DNA of 57,140 bases. Origin: Syntrophus aciditrophicus (GTDB taxonomy: Bacteria > Desulfobacterota > Syntrophia > Syntrophales > UBA8958). Shown here in pieces: positions 18,795 through 28,568 of the stretch. Position 1 is the first letter of the stretch. Each line of letters opens with the position of its first letter. A program made the position numbers and the translations under genes. The stretch lies in the NCBI GenBank assembly GCA_020718905.1, contig DYRD01000005.1, forward strand, positions 1-57,140, given 5' to 3'. Below the pieces are notes generated by a model. That model made no database searches and was not told the origin of the DNA. It was given only the letters and a program-made list of their open reading frames with translations.

Positions 18795-19802
18795 TTAAGC
18801 CCGTTGTTCATTTTGCGGTGATGCCGTTGCCGGTGTTTCCCCTGTCTCCCGCATCTTTTCTTCATACCAGAGATCATGGTTCTGCTGGGCCCAGACCGCA
18901 TCAACGGAACCTGTCCACATAGCTTCGAAGACTCCTTCCATGCCTAAGGTCCCCATATAAATATGGCCCAACGAGACGGTGACAAACAATACCGCTACGG
19001 TCGCATGAATCACATGCGAAACCTGCATTATATAGCGCGTCTGATCCCAGATGGGAAAATCCAGCAGTATGCCGGTTATTCCCACTGTGCCTCCAAATAG
19101 GAATATGAGCCAGGACCAGCCCTTTTCCCCGGCATTGATCTTGCCTATATGGGGCCGCGGTCCACTGCCGATCATCCCGCCCATATTTTTTAACCAGTCA
19201 AAATCGATCTTCCGAGGAATGTTGAAGGGAAGCCACAACACAATTTCCGATACAATTCCGATGAGCAACAGCGGTCCACAATAGTTGTGCAGTATTTTTG
19301 ATGCCCCCAGGTATCCGGATACAAGGGTATGTCCTAATAGCGGTATGAGTAAGAATCGTCCCAAAAGCAGGCTTAACCCGGTAATGGCCATAATTATGAA
19401 CAGTCCCGCAGTATACCAGTGTATGATTCGTTCGTCCCGAGTGAAACGTATAATCTTTACTCCGGAACGCGGTTTTTCTAACTTTTCCTGACCAACGATT
19501 AAATAGAATACGGCCATACCGATCAGCGCCAAGATGATAATCCACGGAGAAATTCGCGTAATGATACCGTTACGAATTTCCCGCCAGTTCTCTCCTCCGT
19601 TCTGGATCAGGATTGTGTGTCCCTGTGCCGGTGTGGATGTATAAGCCGGGATTCCCGCTCTGATCACACGCCAGAAATTGGCGCGCGGATTGCTGGGATC
19701 AGAGCTGACCACCTGATAGTACATCACTCCGCCCAGAAGCGAGATGAGCACAGCAATGATCGCAAGACGTCTGACCGGCAGAAGTCTGTTTGTTGTTGTC
19801 AT
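18795..19802 (-). CDS. Formate dehydrogenase gamma subunit (cytochrome b, FdnI-like with N-terminal extension)
   Basis: Multi-TM protein with conserved His residues (IIHWYTAG, HNYCGP, HVIHATVA...GHIYMG), last gene of the FDH cluster. Confidence 0.7.
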   Translation of the reverse strand: MTTTNRLLPVRRLAIIAVLISLLGGVMYYQVVSSDPSNPRANFWRVIRAGIPAYTSTPAQGHTILIQNGGENWREIRNGIITRISPWIIILALIGMAVFYLIVGQEKLEKPRSGVKIIRFTRDERIIHWYTAGLFIIMAITGLSLLLGRFLLIPLLGHTLVSGYLGASKILHNYCGPLLLIGIVSEIVLWLPFNIPRKIDFDWLKNMGGMIGSGPRPHIGKINAGEKGWSWLIFLFGGTVGITGILLDFPIWDQTRYIMQVSHVIHATVAVLFVTVSLGHIYMGTLGMEGVFEAMWTGSVDAVWAQQNHDLWYEEKMRETGETPATASPQNEQRA

Positions 19803-19816
19803 AAAGCCTCCTCCAT

Positions 19817-20005
19817 TCAGCGATCGGTTTGTACGAGCTTGAAACGATCGATCAGTTCCTGCTGTTGCTTAAGCGCAGACACCGGATCTTTGGCCCCTTT
19901 GTACACGCCGGGCTCGTGCATGGTTGTGCTGCGGGGTTCGGGGGAGCATCCAGATAGTCCCGCGCAGGCAATGATTGCTAACATAATACAGCATTTTGGT
20001 TTCAT
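19817..20005 (-). CDS. Small lipoprotein (62 aa) within the FDH operon
   Basis: Lipobox LSGC after a hydrophobic leader. Overlaps the beta-subunit stop by 4 nt. Confidence 0.5.
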   Translation of the reverse strand: MKPKCCIMLAIIACAGLSGCSPEPRSTTMHEPGVYKGAKDPVSALKQQQELIDRFKLVQTDR

Positions 20006-20610
20006 GGATTTTTCCCCTTGCCTGATTTGAAATTATAAGCAGTTTCCCATCCCCATGTTTCGGGGCGGCTACCACGCTTCGTAATGCGCTGAATATATAT
20101 CTCAGACACGATATTGCCGTCTCCGGCCAGCAGAGCTTTGGTGGCGCACATTTCTGCACACAGAGGCAATTTCCCCTCGGCAATCCGGTTACGGCCGTAT
20201 TTTTTGTATTCTTCAACAGAATTATCCAGCCCCGGGCCTCCTGCGCAGAAGGTACACTTGTCCATTTTGCCCCGGACGGCGAAAGGGCTTTCTTCCGGGA
20301 ATTGCGGGGCGCCGAACGGACAGGCATAGACACAATAGCCGCAACCGATGCACAAATCCTTATCATGCAGGACGATGCCGTCCGGTGTTGTATAAAAGCA
20401 ATCGACCGGGCAGACAGCCGCGCACGGCGCGTCTGGACAATGCATGCAGGCCACGGAAATGGACTTTTCACCACTTTGTCCGTCCTTGATGGTGACCACA
20501 TGCCGGCGGTTGATGCCCCAAGGCACGTCATGTTCGTTGTTACAGGCTGTCACGCAGCCGTTACACTCGATACAGCGCTCTGCGTCACAAAGAAATTTCA
20601 TCCTTGCCAT
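20002..20610 (-). CDS. Formate dehydrogenase beta subunit (4x[4Fe-4S] ferredoxin-type)
   Basis: CIECNGCVTAC, CMHCPDAPCAAVCP, CIGCGYCVYACP and CTFC cluster motifs, 202 aa. Confidence 0.8.
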   Translation of the reverse strand: MARMKFLCDAERCIECNGCVTACNNEHDVPWGINRRHVVTIKDGQSGEKSISVACMHCPDAPCAAVCPVDCFYTTPDGIVLHDKDLCIGCGYCVYACPFGAPQFPEESPFAVRGKMDKCTFCAGGPGLDNSVEEYKKYGRNRIAEGKLPLCAEMCATKALLAGDGNIVSEIYIQRITKRGSRPETWGWETAYNFKSGKGKNP

Positions 20611-20623
20611 AATCTTCCTCCTT

Positions 20624-23521
20624 CTATGCTCGCGTTATGAAGCAGAGCGTGGCCTTGGTTTCCTGCATTTGGGTGACGGCATCGTAGCCATAAGTGGTGG
20701 CAGTGTTGCATGCTTCTCCCCGCACATACGGAGCTGTGCCTTCCGGGTAGTGGTAGTAGAGGCCCTTACCCTGGAACCAACCGCCGAAATGAAACGGGGT
20801 CCAGATCGTTCCTGGTCCCACCCGTCTGGTGATCATGGCCCGGACCTTGATTCGGCCTCCTTCGGCCCCCTCCAGCCATATATACTGTCCATTGGAGATG
20901 CCCGCATCGTTGGCGTCTTTCGGATTGACCTCCGCGAACATCTCAGGTTGCAATTTGGCGAGCCATGCATTGGAGCGCGTCTCCTCGCCGCCGCCTTCGT
21001 ATTCGACCAATCGGCCGCTAGTGAACACGAGGGGATATCGTTTGCTGTGATCGACAGACTGGATCGACTGGTAGCGTGTGGGTAGCCGCCAAAAGGCCCT
21101 ACGGTCCGAATAGGTCGGATATTTTTTTACAAGATCGAATCGTGGTGTATAGAGCGGCTCGCGATGCAGGGGAATGGGGTCCGGAGATTCCCATACCTGG
21201 CAGCGGGCCTTGGCATTGCCGAAAGGTGCACAGCCATGCTTGATGGCTACCCGCTGGATCCCGCCGGAAAGATCGGTCTTCCAGTTGCGTCCCTCGGCTT
21301 CCTTCTTTTCTGCCGGAGTCAGATCATCCCACCAGCCCAGTTTCTTCAGAAGTATATCGGTGAATTCCGGGTAGCCGCCCTTGATTTCCGAGCCTTGCAA
21401 ATAGACACCTTCGGCCAGAAGGTTTTGACCGTTCCGCTCCGTTCCGAAATTTGCCCGGAAGACCAGTCCACCTTCAGCCACGGGTTTGCTGGAGTCATAC
21501 AGGATCGGAGTCACGGGATGTTTCAATTCAGGAGTTCCCCAGCAGGGCCAGGGCAGGCCGTAATAATCACCGTTGCACGGACCGCCTTCGGCCTTGAGCG
21601 TAGTGGTGTTGAAGGTCTTGCGGTATTTGGCGTGGAGCTTGAGCCGTTCCGGGCTCTGGCCTGTATAACCGATTGTCCAGGCACCGCGGTTGATCTCCCT
21701 GAGAACGTCTTCGATGAGCGGCTCGTCATTGGCGACCTTGATATTCACGAACATTTCCTTTGCGAAACCGAGATTTTTTGCCAATTTGTATAAAATGACA
21801 TGATCCGGGAGAGATTCGAAGAGCCGTTCGATGATCTTGTCACGCCACTGCAGGGAACGATTTGAGGCCGTGACCGATCCATACGTTTCGAATTGGGTTG
21901 CCGTTGGCAGCAGGTAGGTGTCGTTTTTACGGTCGCTCATTACTGCCATGTGCGTCGGATAAGGATCAGAGATCACGACCATCTCCAGCTTCTCCAGGGC
22001 CTTTTTCATTTCCACTCCGCGAGCTTGGCTGTTGCAGGCATGGCCCTGAAAGAAAACCGCCCGGATATTGTCCTCCTGGGAGAGGTTCTGCTTGTCTTCC
22101 CGCACGCCGTCGATCCAGCGCGAGACGGGAATGGCCGGGATATACATTGTATAATCCATTTTGCCGCCGCCGGAATCGTATTGCTGGCTCATGTCGAAGC
22201 GTGATTTCAGCCATTCGTAATCAACGGCCCATACACGGGCCCAATGTTTCCAGGCGCCCTCGGCAAGGCCGTAATAGCAGGAAAGGGTATGGGAATTCGG
22301 TCCCACATCGGTGGCACCCTGTACGTTGTCATGACCACGGAAAATATTGGCGCCGCCGCCGGATTTTCCGATGTTCCCCAGGGCCAGTTGGAGAATACAG
22401 AAAAGCCTCGCATTTTGGGTGCCGATATGATGCTGGGTGAGCCCCATGCACCAGACGATCGTTCCGGGCCGGTTTTCCGCCATGGTCTTGGCGATCTCAT
22501 ACATTTTGTCTTTGGGAACGCCGGAAACGTTTTCCACCACGTCGGGCGGCCAGTTTTGTGCCTCTTTGCGGATATCATCCATCGCCCAAACCCGGTGGGC
22601 GATATAATCCTTGTCTTCCCACCCGTTTTTGAAGATGTGCCAGAGCAGTCCGTAAAGAAACGGGATATCGGTGCCGGACCGTAGCCGTGCGTAAATATCG
22701 GCATGGGCGGCTGTGCGGGTGAAACGCGGATCCACAACTATCATCTTGGCGCCGTTCTCCTTGCCACGAAGAACGTGCTGCATGGCCACGGGATGCGCCT
22801 CGGCGGCATTGCTGCAGAGAAAAAGCATTGCCTTGCAATTGTGCATATCGTTGTAGGAATTGGTCATGGCGCCGTAACCCCAGGTACTTGCCACCCCCGC
22901 CACGGTGGTGGAATGGCAGATACGCGCCTGATTATCGACATTATTGGTGCCCCAAAAGGCGGCAAATTTACCCTGAAGATAAGCCCCTTCATTGCTTGCC
23001 TTGGAAGATCCGCAGATGAAAAGCGCATCCGGTCCTGATTCTTTCCTGACCTTCAAGAGGCGGTCACCGATTTCATCGATGGCCTGTTGCCAGGAAAGCC
23101 GCTGCCACGCGCCGTTCGCAAGCTTCATTGGATATTTCACACGCTTATGGCCAAAACCGTGGTCCCGCGCGGCGGCCCCTTTCGTGCAGTGGGTGCCGAT
23201 ATTAAGAGGCGATTCATAATCCGGCTCCTGGCCGGTCCATACGCCGTTTTGAATCTCGGCGATTATGCCGCATCCCACGGAGCAATGCGTGCAGATGCTC
23301 TGCCGGTATTCCGTCTGCACGTTCGGTTGCGGGAAATTTTTCTTTTCCTCGTCCGTGGCCTGCCGCATACACGATAGCGGCAAGAGCCCCATCAGTGCAC
23401 CGCTTCCCAGCGTCACGATGCCGCGACGCAGAAATGTACGCCGGTCGATGCCTTTTTGAGACGCAGGTTCAGGGGCAGTCCGCTGTCGCCCTTTCTTTTT
23501 GAACGATTTCATGGATGCCAT
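20624..23521 (-). CDS. Formate dehydrogenase alpha subunit, molybdopterin oxidoreductase, Tat-exported, Cys-type
   Basis: Tat signal IDRRTFLRRG. N-terminal CTHCSVGCG...C Fe-S motif. Active-site context NQARICHSTTV has TGC at 22916-22918 where Sec-type enzymes carry TGA. 965 aa uninterrupted. Confidence 0.9.
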   Translation of the reverse strand: MASMKSFKKKGRQRTAPEPASQKGIDRRTFLRRGIVTLGSGALMGLLPLSCMRQATDEEKKNFPQPNVQTEYRQSICTHCSVGCGIIAEIQNGVWTGQEPDYESPLNIGTHCTKGAAARDHGFGHKRVKYPMKLANGAWQRLSWQQAIDEIGDRLLKVRKESGPDALFICGSSKASNEGAYLQGKFAAFWGTNNVDNQARICHSTTVAGVASTWGYGAMTNSYNDMHNCKAMLFLCSNAAEAHPVAMQHVLRGKENGAKMIVVDPRFTRTAAHADIYARLRSGTDIPFLYGLLWHIFKNGWEDKDYIAHRVWAMDDIRKEAQNWPPDVVENVSGVPKDKMYEIAKTMAENRPGTIVWCMGLTQHHIGTQNARLFCILQLALGNIGKSGGGANIFRGHDNVQGATDVGPNSHTLSCYYGLAEGAWKHWARVWAVDYEWLKSRFDMSQQYDSGGGKMDYTMYIPAIPVSRWIDGVREDKQNLSQEDNIRAVFFQGHACNSQARGVEMKKALEKLEMVVISDPYPTHMAVMSDRKNDTYLLPTATQFETYGSVTASNRSLQWRDKIIERLFESLPDHVILYKLAKNLGFAKEMFVNIKVANDEPLIEDVLREINRGAWTIGYTGQSPERLKLHAKYRKTFNTTTLKAEGGPCNGDYYGLPWPCWGTPELKHPVTPILYDSSKPVAEGGLVFRANFGTERNGQNLLAEGVYLQGSEIKGGYPEFTDILLKKLGWWDDLTPAEKKEAEGRNWKTDLSGGIQRVAIKHGCAPFGNAKARCQVWESPDPIPLHREPLYTPRFDLVKKYPTYSDRRAFWRLPTRYQSIQSVDHSKRYPLVFTSGRLVEYEGGGEETRSNAWLAKLQPEMFAEVNPKDANDAGISNGQYIWLEGAEGGRIKVRAMITRRVGPGTIWTPFHFGGWFQGKGLYYHYPEGTAPYVRGEACNTATTYGYDAVTQMQETKATLCFITRA

Positions 23522-23546
23522 CCTCCCATCATGTTTGGCTGGTCGA

Positions 23547-23747
23547 TCAGATTCTTGCCGTTTCGTAGTATTTCTTGATATGTTCCGTTAAACGATACCC
23601 TTGGGCGGATGATTCAGGTTGCGGCAAGGGCTCTTTCGATTTGGCAACAGACGGTCTCACCATCGTAGACAAAACGGTCAATCCGCCTGCAGTGATAAAG
23701 AATTGTTTATTTGCAACCCGTTGCAGATACTTGCTTTCGAATTCCAT
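23547..23747 (-). CDS. Small 'formate dehydrogenase region TAT target'-like peptide, with a degenerate twin-arginine motif
   Basis: The C-terminal GYRLTEHIKKYYETARI matches the family signature as I recall it. The position of the usual RRxFL reads NKQFF. There is no stop separating it from the corrected TorD-like frame upstream. Confidence 0.45.
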   Translation of the reverse strand: MEFESKYLQRVANKQFFITAGGLTVLSTMVRPSVAKSKEPLPQPESSAQGYRLTEHIKKYYETARI

Positions 23748-24328
23748 AAAACAGCTTCCAAATAAGCCGATCGTCCGATAGAATTGGGCGCTTTTTGCCG
23801 ACTGCAGATCCTTAAAAAAGTCATCATCCAGGGGGCGATATGCCCCTGAAAGAACCTTGCCTGCGCTGCGTATGGGGTATCATTCGGATTCCGGGAGATG
23901 ATGGCCATGATTTCACAGAGCGCGCCTGCATGATCTTCTGATTCGTGACAACCCCTTTGTCTCATAATTCCCAGTTCAATGAGATCTGAGCGCAAAGATG
24001 CCAACGGTGAGGACTGGATCATTTTTTCCCGGTACCATGATGCATAGGGCACCAGCTCGCCGCTGCCCAAGCCGACAAAAAGTTTATTGAATTTGCCCTC
24101 CAGTTCGGTATGGGGATAGTTGTGGACGGCTTGGCGAAGGACCCCGAGCGTATGATTCAGCTTTTCAGGGAGGGCTGAATCCCAGTGAAGGTTGCGCAAT
24201 ATGTTTAGAAGATCTTTCGAGGGCGCCTGCTCCAGAAGCGCGGCCAGCATTACATAACTATCCGTGCGGATGGCCGCATGGGCGGCAAGCCATTTAGGTG
24301 AATCCATCATTCTTGTCGTCGACTTCAT
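23678..24328 (-). pseudogene. TorD/DmsD-family redox-enzyme maturation chaperone, frameshifted
   Basis: ATGA overlap with the upstream gene. It reads ...FFQGHIAPWMMTF, then the family C-terminus FKDLQSAKSAQFYRTIGLFGSCFMEFE continues in another frame. The switch is at the A6 (T6 on the coding strand) run at 23814-23819. Confidence 0.65.
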
Positions 24329-26007
24329 GAATTCATGTCCTGAGAAGCAAGGGCATCTCTGGTGCGGCAGGTGCGGCACATCTGCAGACGGCGTAATTGC
24401 CTGTCGGCAACATACATCCAGTGGCCCGTGAGTTTGCTCTGTATGCGTTTGACCATGGCCTGCGAGGCAAAAGAGACGCCACATTCGATACAGCGGACCG
24501 GGTCGGATTCATTCAGAGCCACCGGGGTTGCTACTGTATCCGGGTCGCATAGCATCCGAGGCCGCAGGTGTATAGCCCCTTCGGGACATGTCTCTTCACA
24601 CAGACGGCATTGGCGGCATTGGGATTCAAGAAATTCAAGGCTTGGTATGTTGTCCTTGGCGGACAGTGCTCCGGATGGACAGACAACGGTGCAGGCCATA
24701 CACATAGTGCAGGTGGCGGAGTCGACCGTCACAGTGCCAAAGGGGGACCCCGCCGGCAGAGGTATCCATGGTTGTCGAACGCCGGATTGATTATAAAGAT
24801 GCTGGGTTACCAGTCGGGTCAGTGTCCGCTTGTCACTCTGGGGAAAAACTATTGCCGAAGGGGAAAGGCCGTTGTCAAGACGCGGCTCTGAACCGGTTGT
24901 CGGGGAAATCATTTTTCCCGGCTGGGTGTTTTCAGGGGTGATAACGGTGAAACGGATTTTATTCTCCCGCATGCCGAGACCCTGCAGAATAGCTCGGCCC
25001 ATTTGGGCCTGCCTGTATGCGGCCTCTCTGATCTCGGGTGGGTTTTGCGCGCCGCAGGCCACGATAACAGTACCCGCGCCATAGACAAGGGCGGACAGAA
25101 GCATCTCAAGTCCGAAATAGCCTATTTGTTTCCCTGCGAAATGAACCTCGCGGACATGATTTCCTTCGCCTATCCCAATGAATTTGTTAACATCAGCAGT
25201 TTCCAAGTCCGAGATCACCAAGGTCGGCGCAAGGGCGATGCTGGCTGACCGGTCCTCCAGCATGCGTCGTAGGACGCCCAGCAGTTCTTGCTGGGACGGG
25301 TGAGCCATTTGCATCGCATCCGCTGGGCAGACCAGGGCACAGCCGCCGCAACCCTGACAGCGATTATGATCAATGGAAATTGTCTGATTCACGGATTGGA
25401 TGGCGTCAAAGGGGCAAACGGCAAGACATTGACGGCAGTCAAGTGTATGAGACCGGCCATGGAGACAACAATTATTCAAAAAAACCACAGATTGCGGCCG
25501 AGGAAATCGGCCTTCTTCTTCGATCTGCATCCCCATTTCCTTAAAGGAGTTCGTAGGATGCATACGGGGTGCGTAATGGCTCAGCGACGAGCCGCCCCCT
25601 GCACATGATAATATTCGTCCTTGGGGGTTCACAGATAACGGTGGGGCAGTATCAATGGTTGCTGTTTCATGAGCCTCTCCCTCAATTTCTTGCGAGGGAG
25701 ATGCATTAGCCACCGCCGCATCAACGACGTTTCTCCCGCTCAGGCGCTCTTTTTGATGGCGCATGTCCGCGGTGACAACACCTTCTAATGATTGGAAGGT
25801 TCGATAGTTTCCGGAATAGTCGTTCAGATCGTCTATATGGTTGAACTCGGCTGAATGGAAGTTTATCGCGATGCCTACTGCCGCCTCATGCGCGGAGGGC
25901 GGAGTCGCCACTGTTTCCTCGGTTATGGCGGAAGCTGACTGATTAAAGTATGATGGGATTGTCTTTCCTTGCATGAAATTTCCCATTCCAGCTTCTTTTC
26001 TGCACAT
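24325..26007 (-). CDS. Multi-[4Fe-4S] ferredoxin-domain protein, first gene of the FDH cluster
   Basis: Motifs CRQCLAVCP, CQGCGGCALVCP, CTMCMACTVVCP, CRQCRLCEETCP and a C-terminal CIECG...CRTCRTRD. The ~190-aa N-terminal part has no recognised domain, and the start codon is uncertain. Confidence 0.6.
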   Translation of the reverse strand: MCRKEAGMGNFMQGKTIPSYFNQSASAITEETVATPPSAHEAAVGIAINFHSAEFNHIDDLNDYSGNYRTFQSLEGVVTADMRHQKERLSGRNVVDAAVANASPSQEIEGEAHETATIDTAPPLSVNPQGRILSCAGGGSSLSHYAPRMHPTNSFKEMGMQIEEEGRFPRPQSVVFLNNCCLHGRSHTLDCRQCLAVCPFDAIQSVNQTISIDHNRCQGCGGCALVCPADAMQMAHPSQQELLGVLRRMLEDRSASIALAPTLVISDLETADVNKFIGIGEGNHVREVHFAGKQIGYFGLEMLLSALVYGAGTVIVACGAQNPPEIREAAYRQAQMGRAILQGLGMRENKIRFTVITPENTQPGKMISPTTGSEPRLDNGLSPSAIVFPQSDKRTLTRLVTQHLYNQSGVRQPWIPLPAGSPFGTVTVDSATCTMCMACTVVCPSGALSAKDNIPSLEFLESQCRQCRLCEETCPEGAIHLRPRMLCDPDTVATPVALNESDPVRCIECGVSFASQAMVKRIQSKLTGHWMYVADRQLRRLQMCRTCRTRDALASQDMNS

Positions 26008-26394
26008 TTTTTTCTTTGATTAGCAGCTAATTCTGACCCACGAACCGTTTCAGTAAACCCGGAGAAAATATCAACCAACTAATGTATTTTAGCAGATTAA
26101 GGGCTTTGGGGCAATTGATTTTCGAATACAGAATTTATTCTTAACCGACAATCAGCAATTCCCTGATTTATTGCTTCCCAAAAGCTGACTATGGCTAAGG
26201 GAAAATCCTACATCCATGTCGGATTGATGAGCCTTGATTATCTGTAAGTAGCTTATTTGCTAAAATAAACATACTTAATCGGTGGAGGAGGTTGGGTGTT
26301 TCCGCATTATTGAAAAAACACGAAATATGGGCAGGTAGAGGCAAGAACGCCCTCCCCGAACAAAAGTAGGGACAGTTCCGTTTCCTCCGGATTT

Positions 26395-27763
26395 CTATCG
26401 CCTCGCGCTAAGCAATGTCCCGACGACCCTTTCCAGATGTTTTAACGTATTGCATTCCTGCAATAGATGGCAATAAGGTGCGTAGGTCTTGATCTCGGAA
26501 TCGCCGGTGCCCCAGAAAGGTTTGGTCTCGGGGTTAAGCCAGACCAGCCGTTTGCATCTTTCCCCGATGGCCTTGAGGACCTCGGCGCGAGGAGGATTGA
26601 AATTGTTTCTCGCGTCCCAGAGGATGATTACGGAGGTATTTTTGGTTACCAGGTGCAGGTGGTGATCCCGGAAGTTGGTGAACATGGTGTTGTAATCGCT
26701 TTTTCCCCTGATAATCGGAAGGCTCGGATCGGTCGTGATTATTGACAGGGCCTCTTCGATGGTGTGCCTGTCGAAGATATAGCTGGCATCGATCATGTTC
26801 GAATAGAAGATAAAGGTGTGAATCTTGCCGATTCGTTTATTGAGGCCGTAAATAAAAAGCAGTAAAAAGCGTACTGTCCGCAATACGGAGCGGCTGATGT
26901 CGCAGATCACGATTACATCGGGACGGTTCTCTTTTTTCTTTTTCCACAGCGGGGCAAATAAAAAACCGCCATAGGAAACACTTTTTCGCAGAGTTTTTTT
27001 GTAGTCCAGCTTGCCGCGGTTTGCCGTCTTCAGTCTTCTCGAATGTCTGTCTTCGAGCTGCCTGATGAGTTTCTGAATCAGCCCGTCCATCCTGTGAAAA
27101 TGGCGCAACTCGATTTGGGACAGGGGCGTCGTTTTCAGAAATTGGTCTTTGGAATCCACGCCGTCGGCGTTAAGCTGAAGCTGCTGCTCCACATACTTTT
27201 TTACGGTTTGCGCCAGCTCGTCCCGGCCTTTTTCCAGCAGCTCCGCCGTCTGCTGGGAAAGCCCCGCTCCGGTGGAGTTTTTTATCTGCGCAACCATCGC
27301 AACCATCGCCTCCATGCCCGGCATGCCCATTTGATTCAGGATCTTCATGGTGAAGAGGCTTTTTTGCATGGGATTTTTTATGGAGGAGACATTCGCCATC
27401 CGGCCGGCCTCCGTCATCGTCATGGCAAGTTTTCCCTTGTCATCCTTTAAGACAAGGGCGGAAAGAGGGTCTTTCAGGGCTTCTGCGTGTGCTTCCGGAT
27501 TGAAGGTGTTTGCCTTATTTGGGGGTTGAAGGAAAAAAATTGTCGAAACAGGAATCGAAAATGTTCTTTTCGGCACGGCTATTGGCAAGCGATGCAGACA
27601 AGGCCTCTTTAAACTGGCGGCGATTATCAGAGCCTATGAGCTCCGCGGCCTTTACCGCATCGAGACTTTCTTATATAGATATCCTCACGCCCGCCTTGCG
27701 CAGGACGGTTATAAAATCTCCTAAAGTGCCTTCCACATCATTCTCCCGCCATGCCGGCGTCAT
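26395..27763 (-). pseudogene. VWA-domain CoxE-like protein with an in-frame TAA and a frameshift
   Basis: The C-terminal 397-aa ORF has CoxE motifs (DVIVICDISRS, VIILWDARNN, WLNPE). The canonical N-terminus MTPAWRENDVEGTLGDFITVLRKAGVRISI*ESLDAVKAAELIG...FDSCFDNFF lies upstream in another frame. TAA is at 27671-27673. The frame switch is at or near the A7 run at 27533-27539. Confidence 0.7.
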
Positions 27764-28499
27764 CCTTCAGCGCCGAGACCGTTAATCCCGTAACAAAAGA
27801 GATGCTCGGCAGGATGGAAATGACAATGGCCTTGCTGCTTAAATGTGCCGCCTGGGACAGATCCTGAGCTGTTTTTTTTGCCGATGCCTTTTCCCGCGAT
27901 TCTTCAAGGGTAAGATCTATTTCAATTTCCTGCCGATCATTTTTTATATATTTGCTGTAATCGGTGGCAATCTCCTGCAAGATTGGCAAAGCTTTCTGTA
28001 TGGTATTTACGAGGGAACCAACATAATAACGGCGAGGCAGGGCGAATTCTCCCAGATCGCGCTGCGCTTTCGCCGCCCGGAAGAAATTGGCATGATTACC
28101 TTCCAAACGAAGCTTGATATGATAATATACTGAATGGTGCAAGACAACGAAATTGTCATTATAGATTTCAAAATCGGCGAGCAACCCGATTCCCCGGCAG
28201 TGCCTGAAGTTTGTTTCCAGATTGCAAAGCGGAATCCCGGGCTGGACCGGCAGGTATAGCTGCGGATATGCATTGCGGAAAAGCTTGGATAGCTCGGAAG
28301 CCTTAAAGCCCTTTAACTCTGGATTACGAGCAATTTCCCTTTCCAGATAGTCATTCAAAGTGTCCTGCCCATCAAGCAGAAATCCGAGCTGGTAAGATCC
28401 CGGCTTTGCCAAATCCGGCTGTTGATAGACCTTAGCCACCTGTGTCCCGGTCTTTGCCGCGCAGCCGAACATGAAACATGAGAGCAAACTAATCAACAA
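27738..28499 (-). CDS. Hypothetical lipoprotein (253 aa)
   Basis: Lipobox MFGC near the N-terminus. Only a TTG start is available. Its stop overlaps the reconstructed CoxE-like start. Confidence 0.45.
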   Translation of the reverse strand: MLISLLSCFMFGCAAKTGTQVAKVYQQPDLAKPGSYQLGFLLDGQDTLNDYLEREIARNPELKGFKASELSKLFRNAYPQLYLPVQPGIPLCNLETNFRHCRGIGLLADFEIYNDNFVVLHHSVYYHIKLRLEGNHANFFRAAKAQRDLGEFALPRRYYVGSLVNTIQKALPILQEIATDYSKYIKNDRQEIEIDLTLEESREKASAKKTAQDLSQAAHLSSKAIVISILPSISFVTGLTVSALKDDAGMAGE

Positions 28500-28568
28500 C
28501 AGCAGCCTGATTCTTTTGATATCCTGGATCCTCCCCTCGATTGACGAAAAAGTCCTTTTATGACAGGA

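Noticed and set aside
22916-22918. Selenocysteine in the formate dehydrogenase alpha subunit
   Set aside because: The active-site codon is TGC (Cys) in the ICHSTTV context, and the 965-codon ORF has no internal TGA.
26008-26394. Molybdenum-cofactor riboswitch upstream of the FDH operon
   Set aside because: I could not match the conserved Moco-motif segments by eye. It is kept only as something to test with a covariance model.
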